From an uncultured Eubacterium sp. (lineage in GTDB: Bacteria > Bacillota > Clostridia > Lachnospirales > Lachnospiraceae): a DNA stretch of 64,000 bases. The DNA lies in NCBI GenBank assembly GCA_910584345.1, contig CAJTZX010000014.1:11-64010 (forward strand). The letters are read 5' to 3'. The translations under genes were made by a program, and so were the position numbers. This document shows positions 38,807-49,105 of the stretch, piece by piece. Positions within the stretch are counted from its first letter, which is position 1. Each line of letters opens with the position of its first letter. The notes beneath the pieces were generated by a model, which did not search any database, was not told the DNA's origin, and saw only the letters and a list, made by a program, of their open reading frames with translations.

Positions 38807-39286
38807 ATGGATTATTTTCTTCTCAAACAATCAGGAACGGTCACGGTCCCAAAAGCGCCAAAGACAGAAGATACTTCTTTGGAAGATCCTTCTGTCCGCA
38901 TCATACATGATATCCCGTCTCTGCAAAAATTTGACTATATCGCAGGCGAACATCTGATCAGTGACCGTTTGAAACAACTACTGGAACAATACCTGCCAGA
39001 ACAGTTATGGCGTCCCTGCGTATTTGTCGATACTCAAACTGTCGAACAGATAACTTTTTGGTTTGTTCCCAGCCTGCCTTATGTCCCAAAAAAGGTCGTT
39101 GCCGCATCTAACGGCATCCCGGCAGCTGTTTATATAGACTCACAGGATTTTGCTGAAAAAGCGCCCGGCCTTTTACATATCCGCGGCTCAAAAGGAATGA
39201 GCTTTGTTGTTGTACATTTATCCGTAGCAGAAAGTATTCTCAGACGAGGAATCTGCGGGCTGGAACTCCTACGACTGACCGATTAA
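38807..39286 (+). CDS. Imm11/DUF1629-like protein
   Basis: FDYI...LISDRLKQLLEQY...VHLSVAESILRRG pattern; AGAAAGGA RBS. Confidence 0.55.
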   Translation: MDYFLLKQSGTVTVPKAPKTEDTSLEDPSVRIIHDIPSLQKFDYIAGEHLISDRLKQLLEQYLPEQLWRPCVFVDTQTVEQITFWFVPSLPYVPKKVVAASNGIPAAVYIDSQDFAEKAPGLLHIRGSKGMSFVVVHLSVAESILRRGICGLELLRLTD

Positions 39287-39406
39287 ATCTGCTTTACACT
39301 TACTATATCATGCGTTATAATCATATCCATAAACAGTAAGTAATAAAGTCTGTATCTGATCATACAAAGACTTTCTGCTTTCTTTAATCAGAAAGGAATC
39401 TCAGCT

Positions 39407-39690
39407 ATGCTGCAGATCGCAATTTGCGATGACGAACCCGTGTCATTGCAAAACATTGAAGCTGAAACGAAACAGTGCTTGAACAAACAAAATATCTTTC
39501 CGTTGATCTCTACCTTTACGAATGGCGAACAATTGCTTTATGCATTATGCGACTGCGTTTTTGATCTGCCGCTCTTAGATATTGAAATGCCGGAGGAATT
39601 CCCAAACAATGGCGCTGTTGCTGCAGACGATATCAGCGTCATTTTATTTCATCTGCTGGATAATTCTTTGGAAAATACAAAAAATCCATG
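39407..39690 (+). pseudogene. Remnant fusing a LytTR-type response-regulator receiver to a GHKL kinase fragment
   Basis: MLQIAICDDE...LLDIEMPE followed immediately by DISVILFHLLDNSLE (N-box); the rest of the ORF runs antisense over the permease end. Confidence 0.65.
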
Positions 39691-42279
39691 TTACACCATC
39701 TCATCCCTCAGCGCATCAATAATATTTTCTTTTTTAATCTTGCTCGTCGCATACATCATCGTAATAAACACGATCAAAAGCACACCAATAACACTGGCTG
39801 CCATACTCCCCCACGGCAGCACAAAATCAATTTCATCTGCACCGCCCTTTGTCATTCCCAAATATATAAACCAGGAAATCAGCACAGACAAAGGGATTCC
39901 AACTGCGAGCGCACGCATTCCATAAAAAATACATTCAAAATTCATCATTTTCTGAAAGTCCCGCTCTGACATCCCGACAGATCTGAGCATTGCCAGCTCC
40001 CGTTTACGCATACGGATATTGGTTGAAATCGTGTTAAACACATTGGCTACTGCAATAAGAGAAATCATAACCGCAAATGTATAGGCAAATACATTTGCAA
40101 TAAAAATCATATTGTTGTTATCGTCCAGCATCTTAGAAACGTTCCAAATCTGATAATCCTCTGTTATCTTCTCCTCTGAAATCAACCTTTCCATTTCCTT
40201 TGCTGACTGCGCAGGTCTCTTTGACCGAAATGTCATCCCCCTGCTAAAAACATCGGCTGCCTGCGTCTGAAACTCCTCTTTCAGCGAATACGGTACGGCC
40301 ACCATAAAATAATACGGGTTATCTGCATACATCCTCGTTTGCTCTGTATTTGGCACCATATCTGGAAATACAACATTAACAAACGTAAGCCCTGCTGTCC
40401 GACTCTGTTCCGGCAAAGATATGCCCTCTTTTACCGGAGCAATGGACGCCTGTATCTCATTATTTCGGAATATATCAGCAAACTCCTTCACATCCTTAAG
40501 ACGCTGCCTGTGATCGTCAGCCTTTGCCAGAGCTATAAAATTTACTTGTTCCCCTGTAGATTGTTCTTCCGCAAGTCCGGCTTCTTTCAGCATTCTTACA
40601 TACGTAGAGTCATCCAAAAAATAAAGGCTCATAGACAGTTGCAATTCCTGATCTGCACTTTCAATCTTCATTACCCTGCAAAAATCCTCTGTTAAATCAC
40701 TTCCTTTTACATGGCAGGAATAAGACAGTATTTCCTGATAAGAACTTTCATAAATATCATCTATCGTTTTTAATGTTTCAAACAATGGCAGCATTCGGTC
40801 ATCCTGCATTTCACGTGCATCCAGCGCAAGATCATACGTCGTAAATGCAACTGCCATTTCTGATGCCTGTTTTAAATCAATAACAAATGCATTGACAGAA
40901 ATAAATAATACAACGCTTAATATAAGAGACAGCACAATGCTGCGGTAACGCCCTTTGTTTCTTTTAAAATTTTTTAATGCCAGGATACCTTCCAACCCGT
41001 AAATACGTGCAGCAAAGGCAGATGTTTTTACAGCCCTGGTCTCAACCTTCACTTCATTTGTCTGCCTGATACATTCCATCACAGGCACACGAACCGCTTT
41101 ATGCGCCGGTATCCAGGCAGAAATCAGTATCGTAATCAGACCGACCATTGCTGACAGGCCAATTGCAAATGGCGATATCACAAGTGTCAAAGACACCTGG
41201 TCATACATAATACTCGTAAAGCTTTTATTCACAATCTGAATTACTGCACCCATACCGGCCAAACCTACAAGAATCCCCGCCGGTATACCAGCTGCGCCAA
41301 TACATATTCCTTCAAACAATACCGCATTCTGCAGCTGCTTTGCCGTTGCGCCCACTGACATCAAGATGCCCATCTGATGCATACGCTCATTTAAGGAAAT
41401 ATGAAATGCATTGTAAATAAGAAAGACAGAACCAGTCATAATAATAATGACTACTATGACGCCAACTGCCAGCAAAAGCGTTGTAAACAGCTTGTCATCA
41501 GAAAGCCCCATAAAACGCAACACATCGTCATTCAAAAAACTTGCACCATGTTCATCCGCATAAGCACGCACCTGATACGGATTTTTCAATGTCACAAACG
41601 CCGAACAACTGTCTGACACTGTTTCTTGCTGTGCCGCATCCACCCCTGTAATCAGTGTATATCCCGGTGCTGTATATTCTTCAAATGCAGCTCTTTGGTA
41701 AGTACCGACCACAGTGTAACTTTTTGAGGATAAGGCAGCAAGTGTCTCTGCTTCACCGGTATACGGATCGTGCTGACTGAGCATGGACTCACCTGCCTGT
41801 CTGATTCCAACCTTCACATTTAAGGTATCTCCTATCGTAAATTTAACACCTCCATTAACGGCAACACTCATCGGAACGATTACTTCTGTATTGTTTTTTG
41901 GCAGTCTGCCTCCAATCATTTCAATCGGCAGCGTATCAAACGTTTTTTGATAAAATCCCGCGATAAATAAATACGGTTTATCCGGATTCTGCCCTCCTTC
42001 CAACATCGCATATCCAATATTTTCATAGGATACTGCATCCGAAACATCGCTATCCGCAGCTAATGTCTGGAAAGCAGACCTGTTTACATCAGCAAACGCC
42101 ACATGCCAGCCCCCTCTTTTACAAATCGCTCCCTGCGTCATATAATGCAGCATGGATATTCCAAAGGAAGACACTGCTGTCAGCAATGCGGCTGACAGCA
42201 TCACTCCAATTACTGTCACAAACGTCCGCGTACGGTTCTTTTTCAATCCTTGCAAAGCAACCTTATGAAAGATATTCAT
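39691..42279 (-). CDS. FtsX-like ABC transporter permease
   Basis: Two FtsX-type TM blocks (IYNAFHISLNER...SVGAT; FNTISTNIRMRKRELAMLRSVGM). Confidence 0.9.
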   Translation of the reverse strand: MNIFHKVALQGLKKNRTRTFVTVIGVMLSAALLTAVSSFGISMLHYMTQGAICKRGGWHVAFADVNRSAFQTLAADSDVSDAVSYENIGYAMLEGGQNPDKPYLFIAGFYQKTFDTLPIEMIGGRLPKNNTEVIVPMSVAVNGGVKFTIGDTLNVKVGIRQAGESMLSQHDPYTGEAETLAALSSKSYTVVGTYQRAAFEEYTAPGYTLITGVDAAQQETVSDSCSAFVTLKNPYQVRAYADEHGASFLNDDVLRFMGLSDDKLFTTLLLAVGVIVVIIIMTGSVFLIYNAFHISLNERMHQMGILMSVGATAKQLQNAVLFEGICIGAAGIPAGILVGLAGMGAVIQIVNKSFTSIMYDQVSLTLVISPFAIGLSAMVGLITILISAWIPAHKAVRVPVMECIRQTNEVKVETRAVKTSAFAARIYGLEGILALKNFKRNKGRYRSIVLSLILSVVLFISVNAFVIDLKQASEMAVAFTTYDLALDAREMQDDRMLPLFETLKTIDDIYESSYQEILSYSCHVKGSDLTEDFCRVMKIESADQELQLSMSLYFLDDSTYVRMLKEAGLAEEQSTGEQVNFIALAKADDHRQRLKDVKEFADIFRNNEIQASIAPVKEGISLPEQSRTAGLTFVNVVFPDMVPNTEQTRMYADNPYYFMVAVPYSLKEEFQTQAADVFSRGMTFRSKRPAQSAKEMERLISEEKITEDYQIWNVSKMLDDNNNMIFIANVFAYTFAVMISLIAVANVFNTISTNIRMRKRELAMLRSVGMSERDFQKMMNFECIFYGMRALAVGIPLSVLISWFIYLGMTKGGADEIDFVLPWGSMAASVIGVLLIVFITMMYATSKIKKENIIDALRDEMV

Positions 42280-42965
42280 ACCCTGGCCACCTGCCTTTCA
42301 TCACGCACAATCTTTCCATCCGCAATTACAATCATACGATTTGCCTGCAGCGCAATATTTTCATCATGGGTCACAAGCAGCAATGTCTGGCCATAAATCC
42401 GATTGCTTTCTTTCAGCAGACGAATAATCTCATGTCCATTGCGGCTGTCCAAACTTCCCGTCGGTTCATCCGCCAACATGACTGCAGGCGCGTTCATCAA
42501 TGCACGCCCGATAGCCACCCGCTGCTGCTGGCCGCCGGACAGTTGATTTGGCAAGTGATTTTGCCGCTCCTGCAGTCCCAGCAGCTTTAGCAGGCTGTTT
42601 AACCGTTCTTTGTTCACCTTACGCCTATCCATCAAAATCGGCAATGTCATGTTTTCCACAACATTTAACGTTGGAATCAGATTGTGAAACTGATAGATCA
42701 AACCAACCTGGCGCCTACGGAAAATAGCCAGCTTTTCATTACTTCCTGCATAAACATCCTGCCCATTTAAATAAACCTTCCCACTTGTCGGCACATCCAC
42801 GCCTGCAATTGCATGCAGCAAAGTAGATTTTCCAGAGCCGGACGAGCCGATGATTGCAGCAAACTCCCCTTTTTCAACCGTAAGAGAAACATGATCCAGC
42901 GCGGTAACTTTATTCGCTCCCTTTCCATAGACTTTACATAAATTTTCAACTTTTAAAAACTCCAT
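42276..42965 (-). CDS. ABC transporter ATP-binding protein (LolD/MacB-like)
   Basis: [29 protein letters not shown]. Confidence 0.95.
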   Translation of the reverse strand: MEFLKVENLCKVYGKGANKVTALDHVSLTVEKGEFAAIIGSSGSGKSTLLHAIAGVDVPTSGKVYLNGQDVYAGSNEKLAIFRRRQVGLIYQFHNLIPTLNVVENMTLPILMDRRKVNKERLNSLLKLLGLQERQNHLPNQLSGGQQQRVAIGRALMNAPAVMLADEPTGSLDSRNGHEIIRLLKESNRIYGQTLLLVTHDENIALQANRMIVIADGKIVRDERQVARV

Positions 42966-43084
42966 TCCATGAACCTCCTTGTTACTATGTTTCTAAGTAA
43001 TCCGGTAACAGTTGCTTATTTCTGTTACAGTACGATCATAGAACTTTTCTCTTACATTTCCATGACTTTTTCGTGAGAGATTTC

Positions 43085-44074
43085 TCACTTTAAAAACCGA
43101 ATGCAAAAAACCGCGCCTCCATGCGGATGGTTTTTTGCGCTTATCGTTCCCCCATGCCTTACGATGACCGTTCGACTGATCGCCATTCCAATTCCATAGC
43201 CCGATGCATCATCATTTTTTCCCCGATAAAATCGCTCAAACAAATGAGCCAGATCTTCTTTTGAAAACCCATTGCCACTATCATGAATGATAATCTCATC
43301 ATAAAGCAACGTCGTGTGACATACTATTTTTATCACACCATTGTCCCCCACACTCTGCATACAATTCTTCAAAATATTCCGCACAGCTTCCGAAAGCCAG
43401 CTGAAATCTCCCTGAATCGTCATCCCATCCTCAATCTCTGTCTCTAATAAAACATTATGCAAATCCATTGAAATCAAAAGCGGCTGGGCGGCTGCCTGAA
43501 TCATACTTTCTACATCCACCGGCCGGCTTTCCAATTCCACAATGCCGGCATCCAAACGGGATAGCTTTAGCAACGAATTTACAAGCCACTCCATTTGTGC
43601 AAACAATTCCGCTGTTTCATGCAGCAGCATTTTACGCTCTTGTACGTCAGGCTCTTTTTCCAGCAGTGACAAAATCAAATTGGCAGACGTTAGCGGCGTA
43701 CGTATCTGATGTGCAATATCGGCAAGTGAATCGGCAAGATGCTGCTTTTCTTTTTTGAGCGCATCATTTTGCTCCCGGATACGCAGAGTCATTTTTGTAA
43801 TTTCACTCTGCAGGATGGATAATTCTCCTTCTTCAGCATCTTCGATATACAGGCGATCCGCATTGTGCAAAACGAAATCGATCTGCTCTGTCATGCGTGC
43901 AAGCCTTTGATATCTCTCCCTCGTAAATACAGCAAATAAACAGCCAAAAGCAGTACCGGACAGCACCGACAGCATTCCGGCTCTCCAGTCTATCCAAAAT
44001 CCAAATATCCCAGTTATCACAAAAATCCCGACAAAGAAGGCCGCTAACCGACGGATTTCCCTATTTCGCAGCAT
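43085..44074 (-). CDS. Sensor histidine kinase (intramembrane-sensing type)
   Basis: Two adjacent TM segments; DIAHQIRTPL H-box; N, G1, F and G2 boxes. Confidence 0.92.
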   Translation of the reverse strand: MLRNREIRRLAAFFVGIFVITGIFGFWIDWRAGMLSVLSGTAFGCLFAVFTRERYQRLARMTEQIDFVLHNADRLYIEDAEEGELSILQSEITKMTLRIREQNDALKKEKQHLADSLADIAHQIRTPLTSANLILSLLEKEPDVQERKMLLHETAELFAQMEWLVNSLLKLSRLDAGIVELESRPVDVESMIQAAAQPLLISMDLHNVLLETEIEDGMTIQGDFSWLSEAVRNILKNCMQSVGDNGVIKIVCHTTLLYDEIIIHDSGNGFSKEDLAHLFERFYRGKNDDASGYGIGMAISRTVIVRHGGTISAKNHPHGGAVFCIRFLK

Positions 44075-44747
44075 ATGTCTCTCCCAAACGATATCCTATC
44101 CCACGCACTGTCAGAATCATCTGCGGCCGTGACGCATCATCTTCTATCTTTTCTCTTAAACGCTTAATATAAACGGTCAGCGTATTGTCCGTCACGTATT
44201 CGCCCGACGCATCCCATAGTTCGTTTAGCAGCCGATCTCTTGTAAGGATCCTATTGGGATTATTAATAAAAATAAGCAGCAAACGATATTCCAGAGCGGA
44301 AAGCTGAACTTCTTTTCCGTCTTTTCTGACAATACCGCTGGCTGTATCTACATACAGTCCGCCAAACGTAAATACTGCAGATGACGGCTCCGACCTGCGC
44401 ATGGCCGCTTTTATTCTGGCAACCAGCTCCCGCGGCCGGAACGGCTTTGTTACATAGTCGTCCGCCCCCATATGGAATCCGGTTACCACGCTTGCTTCAT
44501 CCCCCGATGCGGTCAGAAAAATTACCGGAATATTATGCGTTTGCCGAATTTGTGTGCATACCGTAAATCCATTTCCATCTGGCAGGGAAAGATCAATAAG
44601 TGCAAGATCATATTTATCCGGAAGAAACATCGAAACAGCTTCTTTCTGCGTGGATACACAAGTGACAGCAAAACCTTCGGACTGCAGCAGGCGGGCAAGA
44701 TTTTTTGAAATTTCTTTATCATCTTCAACGAGAAATATTTGTTTCAT
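44061..44747 (-). CDS. OmpR-family response regulator
   Basis: LVEDD, DLSLPDG, KPF, winged helix (LTVYIKRLREK...TVRGIGY). Confidence 0.95.
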   Translation of the reverse strand: MKQIFLVEDDKEISKNLARLLQSEGFAVTCVSTQKEAVSMFLPDKYDLALIDLSLPDGNGFTVCTQIRQTHNIPVIFLTASGDEASVVTGFHMGADDYVTKPFRPRELVARIKAAMRRSEPSSAVFTFGGLYVDTASGIVRKDGKEVQLSALEYRLLLIFINNPNRILTRDRLLNELWDASGEYVTDNTLTVYIKRLREKIEDDASRPQMILTVRGIGYRLGETYAAK

Positions 44748-45059
44748 TTTGTTGTTCTCCTTATGTTTGTTTTTATTATATAAATTATGTCATATATCCT
44801 ACTATAACATAACGGAATGGCCTGTGAGTGAAAGAATTGTCATTTTTATATACATAATTGTATCAGATTCAAGAAAATAACCTGCTTCTCCTTCTGAATG
44901 AAATACCATAATAAAAAAGAACCGCTATGCTTTGCACACCATTGTGCATCTGCAACACGGTTCTCGCTAATTCTCAAATCTTTGCACCTGCAGCCCAAAG
45001 ATCATTGAAATAGAAATCATTGTTGTATATAATCCAAACAGCAGAAACATAAAGTCACT

Positions 45060-46685
45060 TCATTCAAAAAACATTATTTTATCAAAATACTCTCTTTCGT
45101 CAACATTATGTGTAACAACAATAATAATTTTATCTCGTTTAATACTTTCCAGATATTCAAAAAGTTTTTTTCTTCTTTGCATATCCAATGCTGAAGTAGG
45201 CTCATCCAAAATAATGATATCTTTTTCTCTAAGAAAGGCTCGCACTAAATCCAAACGCTTTTTTTGACCGACAGAAAGATTCGTCGTTCCCGAATTTAAT
45301 AATGTATTCCAAGTATTCGGTAATTCTTTTATTTCCTCATATAAATCAAATTTTTCACTCAGTTCCTCAACAGCTTTCATACTACCTTTAGTTCCCAAAA
45401 AAAGATTTTCTTTTATGGTACCTTTAAAAAAAACACTATCTTGTGAAATATAAGCTATTCTTTTTCTGGAAGATACTATGTCTTCTGTACGCATTTTTTG
45501 TCCATTAAAACATATTTTTCCATTTTTGTAAGTATACAAACCAAGAAGAACCTTTAAAAGTGTCGATTTTCCACAACCACTCGGTCCCATTAATGCAGTC
45601 ATTGTCCCTTTCTCAAAAATAACATTAATATTATCTAAAACATTAATTCCTGTCCTATATGAAAAACTTAAATGATCAATTGACACCTTTTGTATTATCC
45701 CATTATATAACTCTCCATCTAGAGACTCATCAGGCAAATCTAAAATATCCTTTATGCGAAGTATAGCTGCAAGCGCTGACTGATAGCTATTATTAAATTG
45801 ACATAAAAAATTAATAGGCGACAGCAGCATACTCTGATAATTTATAATTGCCATTATACTTCCAATTGTTGATATACCCATAAATACGGAATATCCACCT
45901 ATTCCCCATATAATACAACCCAACATTTGAATTAGAAGTGTGCCGCAATTAATATTGGCTGAACACATTAAATCAAATTTTACTTGTGCATCATATTGTT
46001 TCTTATATATTTTTTTAAATCGCGCAGCGGTATAATTCAATAGATGATACATTTTAATTGTTAATATATTTCTATAGTTTTCTGATAAACACTCAATTGC
46101 TTCTTCGTTACATTCCATAACTTTTTCAGAACATTTTTTCAATCTGGAGCCAAAATATTTATTTATTTCTATGTAAATAAATATAATTAATAGAGTAACA
46201 GGCAAAACTTTCCAGTCAAACATTATAATCATTACGCTTGCAAGCAATACAGTAAATATATTTGTTGATAGTTTCACAAAATATTTTCCTGCGTTTTCTT
46301 TAACTATTTCGACTTCTTTGCTATAACGAGCAACAATATCACTTAATTCGTGCTCCTCCACCATTTGATATTGTATACTGCTAATCTTATCATTCAATTG
46401 CATTCTCAAAGCAGCCGCCATTGTTTCAGACAATTTCGATAGCAAATACTCTTTTAAAACTGCAAATACTGAAATAAGAGCGAAGGATATCACCATGAAT
46501 ATAAGCATAGTAAAAAAAAGTCTTATCTCATTATTAACAATAGCTTTATCAATTATAATTTTATAATATATCGGAATCAATATGTTTAAAACACATTGCA
46601 CAAGCGATAGTATCAATATACTTATGATCCATTTTGTTTTGCAAAACAAGTATTTTGTTAAAAAAGCCCAATAGATTTTCATCAT
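45060..46685 (-). CDS. ABC exporter (TMD+NBD) of RiPP cluster 2
   Basis: TM domain; GPSGCGKST, LSVGQKKR, LDEPTS. Confidence 0.9.
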   Translation of the reverse strand: MMKIYWAFLTKYLFCKTKWIISILILSLVQCVLNILIPIYYKIIIDKAIVNNEIRLFFTMLIFMVISFALISVFAVLKEYLLSKLSETMAAALRMQLNDKISSIQYQMVEEHELSDIVARYSKEVEIVKENAGKYFVKLSTNIFTVLLASVMIIMFDWKVLPVTLLIIFIYIEINKYFGSRLKKCSEKVMECNEEAIECLSENYRNILTIKMYHLLNYTAARFKKIYKKQYDAQVKFDLMCSANINCGTLLIQMLGCIIWGIGGYSVFMGISTIGSIMAIINYQSMLLSPINFLCQFNNSYQSALAAILRIKDILDLPDESLDGELYNGIIQKVSIDHLSFSYRTGINVLDNINVIFEKGTMTALMGPSGCGKSTLLKVLLGLYTYKNGKICFNGQKMRTEDIVSSRKRIAYISQDSVFFKGTIKENLFLGTKGSMKAVEELSEKFDLYEEIKELPNTWNTLLNSGTTNLSVGQKKRLDLVRAFLREKDIIILDEPTSALDMQRRKKLFEYLESIKRDKIIIVVTHNVDEREYFDKIMFFE

Positions 46686-47926
46686 ATTATTACCCTTTGC
46701 TGATACTCTTGAATATGTTTTTTTAATAACTTTAAATTGTACTCCATCCCTCTCTTTTTATCATAGTAAAAAAGCATAAATTCAAAAAATAAAAGATTAA
46801 TATTGCACAAACGTTTTTCAGAAAATTCTTGATTTTTTAATTCAGCAGCACATATTCCTGTACAAAAATATTTAATTCTACAGTCTTTGCACATTTCCCG
46901 TTTATCAACATTCAAACAATTATCAATTTCTTTTTCCTCAATTTTGCTCTTAATATTTTGTTTTAAATCATCAATTTTATCATCAATTATATTTCCATAA
47001 TAATAATGTGCTCCCTGAAGATTTGGACACATATATAACTCTCCATTTGGCTGCATAGATATGATGTTCCCTCTTGCCCCACACGAATCTTTTGCAGCCA
47101 ATTTAAAAAATAAAACTCTTTCAAATTCTGTCATATAATAATTCTTTTCAATTAAATAATTAATAATCTCTAAATATGTATCTAAAATTTCATTTTCTTT
47201 CATTAACAAGCTATCACTGTTTATGAGAGCTCTTCCCAAAGGCGCAACAAAACGTATTTCTATATTTGCCTGATATTTAACACATAAATCAACAGCATCT
47301 TTTACGTAACTTCTACTATGTTTTGTCACAACAAATGAAAATACCTGCTTAATATTGTTAGCAAAAAGAATATCAAAAATTTTCATCATTCTATTTTTTA
47401 ACGTTGATGATTCTAATATGTTTTCTACACTGATCTCAATGTAAGCAATCTTTCCGTTAAGAAATTTGGCTATTTCTTCTGTAATAAGCATCCCATTAGA
47501 TTGTAAAACTAATTTTTCAGCGCCAAATCTTTGGTAAAACAGATTTACCAAAGATTTAAAATTATTCTTAATAAGAGGTTCCCCTCCTGATATTACTATT
47601 TTTGTAACATGCAATTTTTCTAATTTATCTAATACTATGTTTTCAATATCACTTAATTCCAAATCCAATTTAGTATCAGCATCTGGTGACGAATTATTAG
47701 CACAAAATTCACAACTTAAATTACACTTGCGTGTAATTGTATAATACACCGTTTTTCTCTCATTCTTAACCGGATTCTGAAAAAAATTATAATTTTTATC
47801 TAATATTTTCAATACTTTCTCTTCATTATTGCGTAACATTTTCTCCGCAACCTTAACAAATCTAAAATTATTTTTATTTAATAACACAGTATTGCCATTT
47901 TCAGAAATCTTTACAATATTTTCCAC
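46682..47926 (-). CDS. Radical SAM/SPASM protein 3 (short N-terminal extension)
   Basis: CNLSCEFC, ISGGEPL, SCGA...YMC, CKDC...FCTGIC...C. Confidence 0.9.
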   Translation of the reverse strand: MENIVKISENGNTVLLNKNNFRFVKVAEKMLRNNEEKVLKILDKNYNFFQNPVKNERKTVYYTITRKCNLSCEFCANNSSPDADTKLDLELSDIENIVLDKLEKLHVTKIVISGGEPLIKNNFKSLVNLFYQRFGAEKLVLQSNGMLITEEIAKFLNGKIAYIEISVENILESSTLKNRMMKIFDILFANNIKQVFSFVVTKHSRSYVKDAVDLCVKYQANIEIRFVAPLGRALINSDSLLMKENEILDTYLEIINYLIEKNYYMTEFERVLFFKLAAKDSCGARGNIISMQPNGELYMCPNLQGAHYYYGNIIDDKIDDLKQNIKSKIEEKEIDNCLNVDKREMCKDCRIKYFCTGICAAELKNQEFSEKRLCNINLLFFEFMLFYYDKKRGMEYNLKLLKKHIQEYQQRVII

Positions 47927-47939
47927 TCCATTTACTCCT

Positions 47940-49013
47940 TTACTCTATATATAAACAATCTATAAATTCTTTGTGTTTATGATAAAACTCAGCATAGAAC
48001 TTTTGCTGCCAACACAGTATCCTACTCGGCTTATGTATACTTCCATTTTCCGATAAACTCTTATAAATACATCCTTTAGCAGCACAGCAATCATACTGTT
48101 CACATGATATGCATTCAGGATTATCAATTCCCGACAGATTTTTTAATAAATCAATTTTGGTCTGATTATAACCGTTGTTTATATTTCCTAATATACTTTT
48201 ACTCTGAATTGCATTAGCGCATGCATAAAAATCTCCATCAGATTTTACATATAAATATATAATCCCGCTTCCGCAAGAATAAAATCGTTTTTTTATTTTT
48301 ATAGAATTTTTCACTTCAGTAATAAAATGCCAATAAAAAGGATACTTTACTAATCTATCTTTAAAAAACAAATAAGCTTGTTCGATTTGATCTGCAATGT
48401 TTGCAAGTTGCTCTTCTTTCCATTCACTATCTATGTCAAATACTGTGTAAATAACCTTAGCTTGAAATTGATCTATTAAATGTTTAAAGCTTTCAAAATA
48501 AAACATATAATTATTGTTCGTTATTACGTTTGTAACTTGAGCAAACTTACCTGAATTTTTCTGATATTTTAATACAAAGTTCCAATTACTTTGTATCTTT
48601 TCATATACATCAAAAAATGTATCTGAACCTCTACCTAAATTGGTCACTTTTCTGTCACCATCAATACTAAGTTTCAAATTGAATTTTTTATCAATTAACC
48701 AGTCTACAATTTCATCATTAAAAATAGTTCCATTTGTAGTTAGTCCATATTGCACTTCATAATTTTTTTCTTTACTAATTTGTTCTATATACTCAACTAT
48801 TTCAACGAGTAAATCAAAATCCAGTAAAGCCTCTCCTCCAACAAAATCGAAAATTATTTTCTCTTGCTTTTGAACCCTTGCATTTTCAAACGCAAGATCA
48901 ACGCATTTCTTCGCTGTATCTAATTCCATTCTTTGGCCATTTTTGTTTTTTAAATAACAATAACTACAATGTAAATTACATCTTTGATTAATTTCTAATG
49001 TCATCCCATACAT
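47940..49013 (-). CDS. Radical SAM/SPASM protein 2 (no N-terminal RRE)
   Basis: CNLHCSYC, FVGGEAL, TTNG, SIDG, SCGSG...YAC, CISC...CC...GC...C. Confidence 0.9.
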   Translation of the reverse strand: MYGMTLEINQRCNLHCSYCYLKNKNGQRMELDTAKKCVDLAFENARVQKQEKIIFDFVGGEALLDFDLLVEIVEYIEQISKEKNYEVQYGLTTNGTIFNDEIVDWLIDKKFNLKLSIDGDRKVTNLGRGSDTFFDVYEKIQSNWNFVLKYQKNSGKFAQVTNVITNNNYMFYFESFKHLIDQFQAKVIYTVFDIDSEWKEEQLANIADQIEQAYLFFKDRLVKYPFYWHFITEVKNSIKIKKRFYSCGSGIIYLYVKSDGDFYACANAIQSKSILGNINNGYNQTKIDLLKNLSGIDNPECISCEQYDCCAAKGCIYKSLSENGSIHKPSRILCWQQKFYAEFYHKHKEFIDCLYIE

Positions 49014-49105
49014 AACCCCTGAATCTTCTCTCCTCCCTCAATATTGCCATTCTATAAAACTTCATATATCCCAAAATATTCCTGGACGACTTTTATTTGT
49101 ACTTT

